DNA of 64,000 nt, from assembly GCA_964252035.1 (NCBI GenBank), contig CAXUOO010000253.1. One strand, 5' to 3'. Source of the DNA: Podarcis erhardii. Lineage: Eukaryota. Below are positions 61,475-64,000 of the stretch, piece after piece (positions within the stretch are counted from its first letter, which is position 1; the number at the start of each line of letters is the position of its first letter). The position numbers were made by a program, and so were the translations under genes. Under the pieces are notes generated by a model. The model saw nothing but the letters and a program-made list of their open reading frames with translations, was not told the DNA's origin and did not search any database.

Positions 61475-63989
61475 CGTTGAGAACAGAGCACAGTTTTAGC
61501 ACCAGAGGTGCTTGAGTGCTGTCACTCTGCTGTGTCAAAGTCTTTCTTCGAAGAGACATTAAATCACACGCCCTCTTTGCTTCTATCGAAATTCCTATTT
61601 TCTAACGCTTGAATAATGTCTACAATTCGTACTTACACACGTAATATATATATATGTATATGTATAGAGAGAGAGAGAGAAGAGGAAGCGGAAAGAAAGA
61701 CATGTGTTGGTTTGTGGATTTTTGCTTTAGAGTTTTGGGTCTGCCTGAGTTCACGCGCGAAACGTTTGCTGCTCCCTCCTCTCAAGCAGTGCTGCGCATT
61801 GCCTCTGCTTGTTGCTGCTTTTTACGCCTTCGAGAAGCTTTGCTCAGGCAGTTTGAGCAGCAGTTGCAGCAGCACACGCAGCTTCAACAGCAAGTGGAAA
61901 GATCTCTTGCTGAAGTGAGTCTTGCAGTTATTTTTTGTGTGCGAGTAGGTGGATGAAATGCCCGTTCTTCATTTTCGAGGCAAAGAGAAGTTTCTGCAGA
62001 TCTTCGTAGTTGTTGAAAGTGCAACAGGCGACTCAAAACAGTCGTTCAGTGTGCGATTCGATTTCTCCTTTTAACACATGTCTGTGTGGGAATGTGTGTA
62101 AGTGGGTGGTGGCTGATTAATTTTCAGTGGCTGCCATATATGGTGCTGACACTTTACAGAGAAATCGAGCGTCTTTCGACGCCTAGACTACTCACTCGTA
62201 TATATCTCTTAGACTTCCTTCTCCAAACCAGAAAGAAAGAAAAAGAAACAGAAAGAAAGAGAGAGAGAGAGAGACACACTTATATGTCTGTTTGTCTGTG
62301 CTTTAGACGAGAAAGAAGCTCCTTACTCAAAAGTGTGTGGGCTTCGCTTTCTTGTTGTCTTCGTGTGTTCAAGCAAAAAAAAGTATAATTACCATTATCA
62401 TTTATAGTTGGTGGCCCCAATTTCTGAATCTTTTAGTACACATGAACGTGTGCTGCTGCTGTGGTAGTGTGCCCGAACTCTAGGTTCGAGTTGATAATTT
62501 ATATGGTGTGTGTAGCTGGATGAAATGAACGCTAACTAAGTAAAGATGTACACATGTAGATGAGTGAATAGCGGACTTTGTCATCCTTGTTATTACGGTT
62601 TTACTGCACCACAAATCTTACCTTTGAAGTGCTTTCTTCTTGCTATTTGGCTGCTGTAATGATGTGCAGAGCGTAATACGAGAAAGAAAGAGAGAAACGT
62701 ACAACATAAGACGCTTTCACTGATATATATGTGTGTGTGTATGTCTGTGTGTGAATTAGTTTGCCTCAGAAACTGCTGTTACTTAAATCGTGGATCGAAT
62801 TGTCAATGCTGTAACCAGTCACTCGCAGTTGTGCCAAACAAATTTTGCAACTTCTTCACCTCTCCGGCCTCCTTTTCTACTCTTGGATGATTCTCTGCTG
62901 AAATTGCTGGTTTTCCATATATATGTGCTGCTTCAAAAACGTATGTGTTGCGTCTGCTTCTAATAATACTCAAGCTCCTGGCACACCTTCAACACGTAAA
63001 CTTGCTGCTCTCCAACAACAACAACANNNNNNNNNNNNNNNNNNNNNNNNNNNNNNNNNNNNNNNNNNNNNNNNNNNNNNNNNNNNNNNNNNNNNNNNNN
63101 NNNNNNNNNNNNNNNNNNNNNNNNNNNNNNNNNNNNNNNNNNNNNNNNNNNNNNNNNNNNNNNNNNNGTGCTGTTGCCACTGCTTGAGTGCTGCTGAGGC
63201 TTTGCGCTGTTTCGTTTTAGGGCTGCATTTGCTGTTTTATACGTGCTGCTGCTGTTGATTATAAGCGCTATTTGTGTTACATATGCTTTGTATGGTGCTG
63301 TAAAAATGGGTTGCTCTGCTTCTATGTGTTTGGTGATGTCGCGCTGGTGCTGTTTACGTGCTTAAAATATATATATATATATATATACAGAGGGCCCTGA
63401 TATTTCTTTGGCGGTGTTGATATAGTCAGCAAACTGCTACTATAAGTAGTAAAGTATATATATGTGCGTTGTGTGCAAGCTATTGTTTTTAGGGTTCTGC
63501 TGGTCTATGTGAAGCAGTGGCTTTGGTTGCACTTACACACAAAAATTAGTGGTTTGAAAAGTTAGGCAGTATTCACAGCTGCTATATATATATATATATG
63601 TGTATACCGAAGCACTGCCAACAAAAGCCGCTGCTTTTCTTTCTACATTGATGCATACTCTGAACCACACCAAACCTGCCATACATAACAATGCATATGT
63701 ATATATATATATGTATGTATATGTGTATATCTATGTGTGCATGTATGTATGTATGTATGTATGTATGTATGTATACGTAGGAATCATATGTAGATGGCGT
63801 ATGAGTTTGATTTTGAGCGCACTAGTGGTAGGCGCGCATTCATCTAGATGAAGCTTGTTTTTTTTTATGCTTGATTTTAATTCAAGGTTCAAATGCTTGA
63901 GGGAGAGGTGATTCGCCTGCGTGGAGAGCAAGAAGCGCAACGGCCACTAGCGCAGCAGCGAAAATTGCAACAAGCTGAATTGGAAACTG
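57309..63989 (+). CDS. Nup62/Nsp1-like nucleoporin (S/A/G/T-rich N-terminus plus coiled coil); incomplete, continues beyond the window
   Basis: Exon 57309-57980 (ATG, donor CAG|GTATCT), exon about 61790-61914 (donor GAA|GTGAGT) and exon 63887-63989 (pyrimidine tract, TTCAAG|). The join RQFEQQLQQHTQLQQQVERSLAE|VQMLEGEVIRLRGEQEAQRPLAQQRKLQQAELET aligns without gaps to the Nsp1_C pattern as I recall it (RHF..L..EV..V..DQ..QQKELE). Intervening exon(s) unresolved. Confidence 0.55.
63027..63167. other. Assembly gap (141 N) after a (CAA)n run
   Basis: Run of N. Confidence 1.
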
Positions 63990-64000
63990 GTCTGTTTTTG

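Noticed and set aside
1-64000. tRNA, rRNA, snRNA or RNA-guided nuclease (Fanzor/TnpB-like) genes
   Set aside because: No cloverleaf or T-loop consensus, rRNA-like segment or RuvC/zinc-finger motif seen in any frame. Small ncRNAs could be missed without a covariance-model search.

Overview
Eukaryotic, intron-rich genomic DNA with the signature of an Eimeriidae-like coccidian (Apicomplexa): CAG/CTG triplet runs encoding poly-Q/A/S, frequent TGCATGCA, and dense (AT)n microsatellites in introns and intergenic DNA. The taxon is inferred from composition only. I assembled four spliced genes by hand, checking GT/GC-AG sites and codon phase. (1) A bacterial-type RsmA/KsgA rRNA dimethyltransferase (+, about 3.0-17.8 kb), whose catalytic exons splice in frame to a large low-complexity upstream exon. 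(2) SMC6 (+, 23463-48766, about 18 exons) with a ~900-aa low-complexity N-terminal extension. (3) An unrecognised two-exon gene of about 780 aa (-, 51678 to about 55012). (4) A Nup62/Nsp1-like coiled-coil gene (+, from 57309, running off the window). The most unusual structure is a 26-copy, 80-95 bp minisatellite (35845-38128) inside an SMC6 intron. It has a 359-bp higher-order period, most units carry a CAG-11 nt-GTAAGC splice-site cassette, and the last unit appears to supply the acceptor of the next SMC6 exon. Two GC-AG introns are predicted, and there are three assembly gaps. I see no CRISPR array, RNA gene or intact mobile element. All family assignments come from remembered motifs; no database search was run.
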